64,000 bases of DNA, taken from NCBI GenBank assembly GCA_963792965.1, contig CAWBYW010000016.1:160001-224000 (forward strand), given 5' to 3'. The notes under the pieces are model-generated. The model was not told the DNA's origin and did no database searches. It worked only from the letters and a program-made list of their open reading frames with translations. Source of the stretch: an uncultured delta proteobacterium. Its GTDB lineage: Bacteria; Desulfobacterota; Zymogenia; Zymogenales; Zymogenaceae. Each line of letters begins with the position of its first letter. The first letter of the stretch is position 1. The position numbers were made by a program, and so were the translations under genes. Positions 51,072-59,478 of the stretch are shown here, piece by piece.

Positions 51072-51542
51072 TTACAAGGACGTTTTCTTGTATTTGGCAA
51101 AAATATTTTTGACGGTCTGATTCAAAACGGGATGCACCGCGTCCGGGGCGATCTCGGAAAGCGGCCCCAATACAAAGGCCCGCTCCGTCATCCTGGGATG
51201 GGGAATGACGAGATCGGGATCATCGACCACAATGTCGCCGAAGAGCAGGATGTCGATGTCTATGATCCGCGGGCCGAAACGGACGGTGGGCAGCCTTCCC
51301 ATTAAGCGCTCGACGCGTGTGAGCTCCAAGAGCAGCTTGCGGGGCGTCAGGGTTGTCTCGATCTCAAGGGCGGCGTTGATGAAATCGGGCTGGTCGATAT
51401 ACCCCTCGGGCGCCGTCTCGTGGAGGGACGACATCGCCACGACCCGCACACGACTGATCGCATCGATCAGGTCGCGGGCGCGCATGATGCATGCCCGTCG
51501 GTCGCCGAGGTTTGAGCCGAGCGCCAAGAAGACCCGTTGCAT
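51072..51542 (-). CDS. folK: 2-amino-4-hydroxy-6-hydroxymethyldihydropteridine diphosphokinase
   Basis: Motifs ALGSNLGDR, QPDFIN, GPRIIDIDIL and IPHPRMTERAFVLGPL. Confidence 0.95.
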   Translation of the reverse strand: MQRVFLALGSNLGDRRACIMRARDLIDAISRVRVVAMSSLHETAPEGYIDQPDFINAALEIETTLTPRKLLLELTRVERLMGRLPTVRFGPRIIDIDILLFGDIVVDDPDLVIPHPRMTERAFVLGPLSEIAPDAVHPVLNQTVKNIFAKYKKTSL

Positions 51543-51716
51543 AGCCTGTATATAACACAGGCGGCCCGGCCCTGCAAGATCGTTCGACGACCGCAAAGCG
51601 GCGGGGTTGGCGAGCGTCGGCTGGAATACGTCGCGCCCCAGGCACCCACCCACGGACGCACCCGCACGGAGATGGCGCCGGCCCTTTCGTCGCATCCTTT
51701 TTCGGCTCCACTACCA

Positions 51717-51746
51717 TTGACATTATCGATAATTATTGTCTATAAT
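51717..51746 (+). promoter_or_regulatory. Consensus sigma70 promoter of wrbA with an embedded Fur-like box
   Basis: TTGACA-N18-TATAAT; the spacer contains GATAAT-T-ATTGTC. Confidence 0.65.
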
Positions 51747-51778
51747 AGCATATACCACTGAACGGAAAGGAGGGAGCC

Positions 51779-52390
51779 ATGAAAGTACTCATCGTATTCT
51801 ATTCCATGTACGGCCACATCTGGCGCATGGCCGAGGCCGTGGCCGAGGGGGTGAAGAAGGTTGCCGGTGCCGAGCCCGTTCTGCGACGCGTCCCCGAGAC
51901 CCTCCCCGACGAGGTCCTGAAAATGATGGGTGCGCTCGAGCCCCAGAAGGCTTTATCCCACATCCTGGTTTGCAGCGTTGATGAGCTCAAGGGTGCCGAC
52001 GCCATTATCTTCGGAACGCCGACCCGCTTCGGCAACATGTGCGGTCAGATGCGGCAGTTCCTTGATGCCACCGGCGGCCTCTGGGCGGCGGGCGCGCTCG
52101 TCGGCAAGGTCGGCAGCGTCTTTACCAGCTCCGCCACGCAGCATGGCGGGCAGGAGTCGACCATATTAAGTTTCCACTACACGCTGCTCCACCACGGGAT
52201 GGTGATCGCCGGACTCCCCTATGCGTTTGCCGGCCAGACGAGAATCGACGAGATCACCGGCGGCTCGCCCTACGGTGCATCGACCATCGCCGGCCCCAAA
52301 GGGGAGCGGCTGCCGTCGGAAAACGAGCTTGCCGCGGCTCGGTTCCAGGGGGAGTACGTCGCCTCGATTGCCGCGAAGCTGAAGAAGTAG
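51779..52390 (+). CDS. wrbA: NAD(P)H:quinone oxidoreductase type IV
   Basis: Motifs [25 protein letters not shown] and GGSPYGA. Confidence 0.95.
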   Translation: MKVLIVFYSMYGHIWRMAEAVAEGVKKVAGAEPVLRRVPETLPDEVLKMMGALEPQKALSHILVCSVDELKGADAIIFGTPTRFGNMCGQMRQFLDATGGLWAAGALVGKVGSVFTSSATQHGGQESTILSFHYTLLHHGMVIAGLPYAFAGQTRIDEITGGSPYGASTIAGPKGERLPSENELAAARFQGEYVASIAAKLKK

Positions 52391-52400
52391 ACTCGACGAC

Positions 52401-52426
52401 CGCCCTTCGGCATAAGCCGAAGGGCG
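52401..52426 (+). terminator. Hairpin after wrbA
   Basis: CGCCCTTCGGC-ataa-GCCGAAGGGCG; no clear T-tail. Confidence 0.45.
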
Positions 52427-52581
52427 CGACCTTATAGGGTCTCCGGAGACTCCACCCGCTTTTGTTGACACACGCCCGACCGAGGTGCGGCTCCTTGACT
52501 CGGGGACGGCCCCGTGATAAGAGGGTGCTTTGTTTGCTTTTTTATCGTCTCGAGCTCACTAACCCTTCTTCGTCAATTGAC

Positions 52582-53406
52582 ATGAAACATTCATTGGATG
52601 AATTTCAGGCGTTCCTCGGCCATTCGGATAAATACGGGGTGCACTTCGGCCCATTCGAGGATCGTCATTTCCCTCCCCACACCCGGATCGGTCTGAGAAT
52701 CGCTGTCCCTCTGGGGCTGTCGATCTTGAACTTCGGCTACGGAACGTCCCGAGTCGAGACAATCGAGAGCCCGATCCACGGTGAACTCCTTTCTCACGGT
52801 GAGAGGATCATCTACGCCCATTGGCACCGTTACGCCCAGTATTACTATTTTTGGGCGCGTCACCGGCGGCACGTGATCATGAGTAGCCCAAAGGACGCCG
52901 GCGAATATGGGGCCCGCTGCATGGCCCGTGTGGAAATCCTCACCGTCAGGGGCTCCACCTCTTCTCGATCGAGAACCGGCGCCGTCCGCGATAAGAAGGG
53001 AAAAGAGGCGATAGCGGCCATGGTAGGCTTGATCCGGGACGAGGGCTTTCACGCCGGCCTCACCGTGGACGGTCCGAGGGGACCGGCCCTCATGCTCAGG
53101 AAGGGTGTCGTCGCGCTGGCGCGGGAGACCGGTGCCCCCATCTTTCCGATGACCGTTGCCGGCCGTCCCCATGCGCGCCTTACCACCTGGGATCGAATGT
53201 GGGTCCCGCTGCCGTTTTCACGGATCATATTTTTTTTCACCGGCCCTTTTTACGTGCCCCGGAGGGCTTCCGTCGGACGGCTCGAAGCGATCCGGGCGGA
53301 GATCGAGGCCCACATGCAGGAGATGGCCCATAAGGCCGAGCGTTATTTTGTCGATAAGAACGTCCGGCGTCAGTTTCCCGAGCCGGTCTGGGAAGACCGG
53401 GCGTAG
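52582..53406 (+). CDS. DUF374 / lysophospholipid acyltransferase family protein
   Basis: Motifs IYAHWH, VRGSTS, TVDGPRGP and TWDRMWVPLPFSR. Confidence 0.8.
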   Translation: MKHSLDEFQAFLGHSDKYGVHFGPFEDRHFPPHTRIGLRIAVPLGLSILNFGYGTSRVETIESPIHGELLSHGERIIYAHWHRYAQYYYFWARHRRHVIMSSPKDAGEYGARCMARVEILTVRGSTSSRSRTGAVRDKKGKEAIAAMVGLIRDEGFHAGLTVDGPRGPALMLRKGVVALARETGAPIFPMTVAGRPHARLTTWDRMWVPLPFSRIIFFFTGPFYVPRRASVGRLEAIRAEIEAHMQEMAHKAERYFVDKNVRRQFPEPVWEDRA

Positions 53407-53461
53407 AGGGAAAAGGCGCATCCACCCCGTGAGCCTTTATGTCCGGAAATGGAAAATCGAT

Positions 53462-53490
53462 TTGACACGCCGACAGAAAAATAGTATAAA
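53462..53490 (+). promoter_or_regulatory. Putative sigma70 promoter of the CDF pair
   Basis: TTGACA-N17-TATAAA. Confidence 0.55.
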
Positions 53491-53589
53491 GAGCTCAGCG
53501 GATATATCAGGCAAGAAACCAGTCAAAAGCCCCCTCGGCTCAAGCCCATCATAAAGCGATCGAATACAAAAGGAGATGTCCATACTTCC

Positions 53590-54579
53590 ATGGATCCGAA
53601 GCGCTATAAGACTCCCGTCGCCCTCCTTTCCGTGGTGTCCAACTCGATCCTCGTGATCCTGAAGTTCGTCATCGGGATCTTGATCGGGTCGGTATCGGTC
53701 ATCTCCGAGGCGATCCACTCCGGGGTCGACTTGGTGGCCTCTTTCATCGCCCTGTTCTCGGTTAAAAAATCCGCAAAGCCCGCCGACGACGAACACCCGT
53801 TCGGCCACGGAAAGGTGGAGAATATCTCAGGGACCATTGAGGCCATCCTCATCTTCTTTGCCGCAGGGGTTATCATCAACGAGGCGTTCCATAAGCTGGC
53901 AAACCCCCAGCCGCTGGATATGGTGGGGTGGGGCTTAGTCGTTATGCTCATTTCGTCCGTCCTGAACCTCGTCGTTTCTCACCTCCTCTTTGTGGTCGGC
54001 CGCGCGACCGAATCGGTGGCGCTGGAGGCCGACGCCTGGCATCTCAGGACCGACGTCTATACTTCGGCGGGCGTCCTCTTCGGCCTCCTTATCATCTGGG
54101 CCGGTAAGCGCCTGATGCCCACCGTCAACCTCAATTGGATCGATCCGGTGGCGGCCATCGCCGTGGCGCTCCTTATCGTCCGCGCCGCCTACCTGATGGT
54201 CATAAAATCGGCCCGCGACATCCTCGACGTCAGCCTGCCGGACGAAGAGCTCTCCCAGATCCGCGACCTGATCCTCAGGCAGGCGCCCGACGTACTCGGC
54301 TTTCACGACATGAAGACCCGAAAGGCCGGCTCGACCCGGTTCGTGGAATTTCACCTGCTGGTGGACGAGGATATGTCCGTTCTAAACTCGCACCGAATCA
54401 CCCAGGTCATCGATGACGACATAAGCGCGCTCTTCCCCGATGCCCAGGTAACGATACACATCGAGCCGTGCGACAAGACCTGTCCCTCCGAGTGCGTCAA
54501 GAACTGCATCCTGACGGAGAAGGAGGGGATCTCCCGGGGACGCCCGATCATGGCGACAAGACAAAAGGGCGAAATATGA
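53590..54579 (+). CDS. Cation diffusion facilitator (FieF-like) copy 1
   Basis: Motifs SEAIHSGVD, HPFGHGKVE, ADAWHLRTD and IHIEP; Cys-rich tail. Confidence 0.92.
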   Translation: MDPKRYKTPVALLSVVSNSILVILKFVIGILIGSVSVISEAIHSGVDLVASFIALFSVKKSAKPADDEHPFGHGKVENISGTIEAILIFFAAGVIINEAFHKLANPQPLDMVGWGLVVMLISSVLNLVVSHLLFVVGRATESVALEADAWHLRTDVYTSAGVLFGLLIIWAGKRLMPTVNLNWIDPVAAIAVALLIVRAAYLMVIKSARDILDVSLPDEELSQIRDLILRQAPDVLGFHDMKTRKAGSTRFVEFHLLVDEDMSVLNSHRITQVIDDDISALFPDAQVTIHIEPCDKTCPSECVKNCILTEKEGISRGRPIMATRQKGEI

Positions 54580-54675
54580 GGCCGGTTCGACCGGGCAACC
54601 ACGAGACGGATGCCCCCGCAGGCTCGCCCGGGTGGTTTCGCAAATAGGGGACATAAAACGAAACCCTCATCTCTT

Positions 54676-55629
54676 ATGGATCCGAAGCGGTATAAGACCT
54701 CAGTCGCCCTCCTTGCGGTGGTGTCCAACTCCATCCTTGTCGTGTTCAAGCTTGCCGTCGGCCTCATGATCGGCTCGGTCTCCGTCATTTCCGAGGCAAT
54801 CCATTCCGCCGTCGACCTCGTATCATCCCTGATCGCCTTCGTATCGGTGAAAAAGGCGTCGCGCCCCCCCGACGAGACACACTCCTTCGGCCACGGCAAG
54901 CTCGAGAATGTCTCCGGGACGATCGAGGCGTTCCTTATCCTTCTTGCCGCGGGGTGGATCATCGCCGAGGCGGTCCACAAGCTGCGCCACCCCGCCAGCG
55001 TCTCATCCGTTGGCTGGGGGGTCGTGCTGATGTTCTGTAGCGCGTCGGCCAACTTCATCGTATCCCATATCGAGTTCGTCGTGGCCAGGGCTACCGAATC
55101 GGTGGCCCTCGAGGCCGACGCCTGGCACCTGAGGACCGATGTCTATACCTCGGCCGGGGTCCTTGCGGGTCTTCTGACGATCTGGATCGGGGGTTACCTC
55201 GCGCCCGGCGTGAACCTCGTCTGGATCGATCCGCTGGCAGCCATCGCCGTGGCGCTCCTCATCGTCCGCACCGCCTATGGGATGATCATCAAGTCGGGGC
55301 GGGATATCTTCGACTTCAGCCTCCCGGCCGATGAGGTCGCAAAGATACGGGACGTGATATCGCGGCAGGCCCCCGAGGTAATCTCGTTTCACGGCATGCG
55401 CACCCGCAAGGCCGGCCCGACCCGATACGTCGAGGTTCACGTAATGGCCGACCGCTCCATGTCGCTCGAAGATTCACACCGGCTCTCCCGAAATGTCAGG
55501 GATGAGATACGCTCCCTCTTTCCGGACACCCACGTGACGATCCACGTCGATCCCTGCGACGGGACCTGCCTCCCGGACTGCGTCGATAACTGTTCGAGCC
55601 CGGATAGAAGAAAACCCCGGGCGGGATAG
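54676..55629 (+). CDS. Cation diffusion facilitator (FieF-like) copy 2
   Basis: Close paralogue of copy 1 with the same MDPKRYKT start and ESVALEADAWHLRTDVYTSAG. Confidence 0.92.
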   Translation: MDPKRYKTSVALLAVVSNSILVVFKLAVGLMIGSVSVISEAIHSAVDLVSSLIAFVSVKKASRPPDETHSFGHGKLENVSGTIEAFLILLAAGWIIAEAVHKLRHPASVSSVGWGVVLMFCSASANFIVSHIEFVVARATESVALEADAWHLRTDVYTSAGVLAGLLTIWIGGYLAPGVNLVWIDPLAAIAVALLIVRTAYGMIIKSGRDIFDFSLPADEVAKIRDVISRQAPEVISFHGMRTRKAGPTRYVEVHVMADRSMSLEDSHRLSRNVRDEIRSLFPDTHVTIHVDPCDGTCLPDCVDNCSSPDRRKPRAG

Positions 55630-55701
55630 AGTCGAACCGTTCACCCAGACAGATGGTGAGAGCCGGCGGTCCTTTAAAAGAGAGAAGGAGGAAAAGGAGA
55701 T

Positions 55702-56921
55702 ATGAAGGCGATCATCTATGACTTTTCCATTGCGCGCTATTTGCTGTACCGCCCTCGGCGCGATCACGAAAGAGCACCTATACGAGCCCCGTCTCGCCCA
55801 TCAGGCTGTCCGAACTTCCCGACCCACAGCTCCCCGGCCCCGAGTGGGTCGTCGTGAAGACAAGGATGTCCGGCATCTGCGCCTCGGACATGAGCGCCAT
55901 CACGATGAAGGAAAGCCCGACCCTCACTCCCTTCGCCTCCTTCCCCTTCATCCCCGGCCACGAGGACGTGGGGACCATCGTCGAGGCGGGACGGGGCATC
56001 CGCCCGTGGAAGGTCGGCGATCGGGTCGTGGTCAACCCGGCCCTCTCGTGCGCGGCGCGCGGCCTCATGCCGCCCTGCCCGTCGTGCGCACGGGGGGAGA
56101 CCTCCGTGTGCGAGATGGCGGCCGAGGGCAAAACGGCAAAAGGCCTGAGCACCGGCTACTCACACGACACCGGCGGCGGCTGGAGCCCGTACTTCCTCGC
56201 GCACCGGTCCCAGCTTTACTCGCTGGACGGCATTGCCGACGAAGAGGGCGTCATGATCGATGCCTTCTGTTCAGCCCTCCATCCGGTCATGAGCCACCTC
56301 CCGAAGAAAGGACAGTCCGCGCTGGTCATCGGGGCGGGGCCCATCGGGCTTTCGGCGATCCAGGCAATCCGCGCCCTCGCGCAGGGCGTCACGATCATCG
56401 CGCTGGATAAATCGGCTGCGAGCATCACAAGGGCCCGCGAGGCGGGGGCCAGCTTTGCGCTCGGGGCCCGAACGGGCGCCTCGATCTACGAAGAGGTGGC
56501 CGAGATTACCGGGGCGCGCGTTTACAAACCTCTTATCGGACCACAGATCCTTATGGGCGGCGTCGATACGATATTCGACACCGTGGGGCGCGGCTCGACC
56601 ATCGAGATGTCGCTGAGGCTCCTCAAGACGGGGGGGACCTACGCCCTCATCGGCCTTGCCGCCACCGAGCGCCTTGATCTGACCCCCCTTTGGTTCAAAG
56701 AGCTCACGATGGTCGGCTCGCTGGGCTACGGCGCACAGGTATATAAAGGAAAACAGACTCACACATGGGACGTTGCGCTTGATCTCATTTCAAAAAAGCG
56801 GGTGCGGCTGGCCCCCTACGTCACCCACACGTTCGGCCTGAGCGAGTGGCGAGCGGCGATCCGGACCAACCTGAACAAAGAAAGGTACGGCGCGGTCAAG
56901 ACGGCCTTCGTTTTTGACTGA
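55702..56921 (+). CDS. Zn-dependent medium-chain alcohol dehydrogenase, N-terminal frameshift(s)
   Basis: Motifs GICASD, PGHE, structural Zn cysteines C..CPSC..C and GAGPIG. AGGAG RBS before ATG 55702, which is out of frame with ORF 55854. Confidence 0.87.
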
Positions 56922-57013
56922 TTGGCGCACCGATGCTCTCCGAGATGCTCCGGGCCGGCCGAAATGTGCCCTACGGCCCTGAATATGAATTTTTCAAAAA
57001 GCGCAAAAAATAC

Positions 57014-57042
57014 TTGATATTTTCGACTTTTAAGTTTATATA
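57014..57042 (+). promoter_or_regulatory. Putative sigma70 promoter of the cheB-like/Hpt-HhH/parA operon
   Basis: TTGATA-N17-TATATA flanked by A-tracts in an AT-rich island. Confidence 0.55.
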
Positions 57043-57081
57043 TAAAAAAATCAAAATCTAAAAAAAGAGCCGAACCTCCCT

Positions 57082-58149
57082 ATGAAAACGTGGATAGGAC
57101 TCATTATTTCCGACGAGAGGCTTGCACGAACGGTTCAAACCCTTCTCAAGGTCAACAGCGCGGCCCAGGTCGTCGGGACCTATACCGACGCGAAAGAGGC
57201 GGCGCGCGACCTTAAAGATAAGGGTGACGTGCTGGTCATATTCGGCATCGGGCCCGATCGCAGGGAGTTCCTGAAAAACCTCAGGGTGATCCAGCTTTCG
57301 GGTCCGTACCCCGTCCTCGGGGTCGGCACCGCTGCCGACGCATCGCCCCTCCTCTTTGATGCCTTCAGGCTCGGGATGCTCGACTTCATCTCCCTCCCCC
57401 CGGAGGAGATCGAAAATCCTACGGATTCGCTCCTCAAGGAGATTATGGAGTCAATCGACGCCCTCTCGGCCGGTAGTTCCGACCGGATCAGACGTGTGGC
57501 CTTGAAACCGTTCAAGGAGACGGAAAAAGTCTCGCCCTCGGATCAGGCATCCTATTACGTCGCCGTTGGCGTTCCACGAGGCGGAGTCAGCTCGGCGGTC
57601 AGGCTCCTTTCTCAGTTCCCCCGGAGGCGCGATACCGCGCTCGTCGTATCCCTCCCGATACCTCAACAGTCCGTGGCCCCGTTTATCGCGGATCTTAAGC
57701 CCTATACACAGTGGTCAGTTCATCCCGCCCTCACGGACGGAAAGATCCAGGGCGGTGGCTGCTACCTCTTCTCGACACAGGCGCAATACACGGTGGAAGG
57801 ATCCATCGACGGAAAGTGCAGGATTGTCACACGGGCTGAAGGCGCATCACCCATCGACTCCATCATGGAAAATCTTGCGGGCTCCTTCGGGGGGTCGGTC
57901 GTCGGCCTGCTGCTGGAGGGGACCGGAAAAGACGGGGTCGGCGGCCTTTCCGCCGTCAAGTCAAGAGGCGGCACCACGTTGACGATCAAGGCGGGTGGAG
58001 GCGTCCTGGGTGGCCGGCCCTCCGCGGCATCTGCAAAGGAATCCGCCGATTTGCTGGTCGATGGTGACGAGCTGGCCAAAGCGCTGACCTCTTTCATGGG
58101 TGAGATGCAGGATATCACCAACATAAACCGTATTCTTAATTATCAATAA
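57082..58149 (+). CDS. CheB-like protein (receiver + methylesterase fold), catalytically degenerate
   Basis: CheB architecture with SPIDSIMENLA, VGLLLEGTGKDGVGGL.AVKSRGG.T. GASTGG is replaced by GVPRGG and QHMP by LPIP. Confidence 0.8.
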   Translation: MKTWIGLIISDERLARTVQTLLKVNSAAQVVGTYTDAKEAARDLKDKGDVLVIFGIGPDRREFLKNLRVIQLSGPYPVLGVGTAADASPLLFDAFRLGMLDFISLPPEEIENPTDSLLKEIMESIDALSAGSSDRIRRVALKPFKETEKVSPSDQASYYVAVGVPRGGVSSAVRLLSQFPRRRDTALVVSLPIPQQSVAPFIADLKPYTQWSVHPALTDGKIQGGGCYLFSTQAQYTVEGSIDGKCRIVTRAEGASPIDSIMENLAGSFGGSVVGLLLEGTGKDGVGGLSAVKSRGGTTLTIKAGGGVLGGRPSAASAKESADLLVDGDELAKALTSFMGEMQDITNINRILNYQ

Positions 58150-58167
58150 CAGACGAGGAGTGGTACC

Positions 58168-59391
58168 ATGTCCCTGATTAACGAGCTTGAGGACATGTCC
58201 CTCAAAATGTCTCCGCGGTTTGTAAGAAATGTCAAGAGTGCCCTTGAGATCGCGCTGGAAGAAAAGGCACCGGTTCAGCTCGATGACGTGAAGGCATCTC
58301 TCGCCGATTTTATCGAGGCGGTCAAGATCATGGGGCTTGACGAGCTGAGAACGAAACTCGAAGACATAGCCCGAATTCTCGAAGCTCCGGGACCGGCCGC
58401 GCAGGTTCTCCTCCAATTCCGCTCCGAGTTCAACACCCTGGCCGACAATGTCCCTTCCGACGAGCGGGAGTTCCTCAAAAAAAAGGAGCCGCCCCCGTTT
58501 GAAAATATGGATGTGTCCATCGACCGGGACGTCATCGATCGGTTTACGGCGATCCCCGGCGTCGGGGAAGAGAGGGCGCGCGTCCTTTACTTTTCCGGGT
58601 TCAAATCGGTGGAAGATCTCTCGACGGCCTCTGTCGCCAGGCTCTTCGGCGTGCCGGGCATGACACTGTCCGTGGCCAAGAAAATCGCGGACCACTTCAA
58701 CCCCAACCGGCTGGTGAGGCTTGAAACCCTGGCCCGTGACGAAGAGCCTTCCACGAAGGCGGAGATATCGTTTGTCGGAAAGCCACAGCCCATCCGCGAC
58801 AGTGAAGCGGTCGCGATGGACGAAGTGGAGCCGGGCGAGGATCTCGAGCTGATCGAGCTCTTCATCGAGCGTCTTACGGAGTATCTTGACGGGGCCTCCA
58901 CAATTATTGAGAATCTTTCATCCCAATCTCTCTCCTCGGAGATGATTCTCCATCTGGAGGAGATCACCCACGAGCTCGTTAAGACCGCACGCTACATGGG
59001 ATTTGAACAGATCCACGTCGTCGCCGAGCGCCTCGAGTCAACAATCAAGGACATCATCTCCGGCGACGATCAACTGACGAAGGACACCGTCTTCTTCCTC
59101 AAGGACTCCCTCAAGCAGATCGAGACGGGCTGCGCCGGCCTTAAGAAGGGTATCGAGCGGCTCAAGGAGAAAAGAGAAGAAACCGCGGTATCCCTTGAGT
59201 ACAACATCCTGACGATGGCAAACTACTGGGGCGAGCTCTCCGATCTCTATAAGGATACCCACGAGATCCTGCGCAGGGTCTCCCAGCAGGGAACTTTCTC
59301 CACCGAAGACCTCGAGCGCCTCAGGGAAAACAGCTCGAGGCTCGACGATTTGGCAGGATCGATTTCGGAGCTCGTGGAGGACCTCTCGTAG
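58168..59391 (+). CDS. CheA-derived Hpt protein with helix-hairpin-helix insertion, no kinase domain
   Basis: HhH IPGVGEERARVLY..GF.SVEDL..VPGMTLSVAKKI; P1-like LIELFIE..ITHELVKTARYMGF..AERLE; P3-like tail MANYWGEL..RLDDLAGSISELV. Confidence 0.7.
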   Translation: MSLINELEDMSLKMSPRFVRNVKSALEIALEEKAPVQLDDVKASLADFIEAVKIMGLDELRTKLEDIARILEAPGPAAQVLLQFRSEFNTLADNVPSDEREFLKKKEPPPFENMDVSIDRDVIDRFTAIPGVGEERARVLYFSGFKSVEDLSTASVARLFGVPGMTLSVAKKIADHFNPNRLVRLETLARDEEPSTKAEISFVGKPQPIRDSEAVAMDEVEPGEDLELIELFIERLTEYLDGASTIIENLSSQSLSSEMILHLEEITHELVKTARYMGFEQIHVVAERLESTIKDIISGDDQLTKDTVFFLKDSLKQIETGCAGLKKGIERLKEKREETAVSLEYNILTMANYWGELSDLYKDTHEILRRVSQQGTFSTEDLERLRENSSRLDDLAGSISELVEDLS

Positions 59392-59478
59392 TCGCCCGAG
59401 CCTCCGCCACATTTTCTTAACCGCCCTATCCGGGCGGCGGTATCTTACAAGCGGCTCTGAAACCGGGGGAGTGCGTCT

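Noticed and set aside
53590-55629. CDF duplication as an assembly artefact
   Set aside because: The copies differ at many synonymous and non-synonymous positions throughout, so this is an old real duplication.
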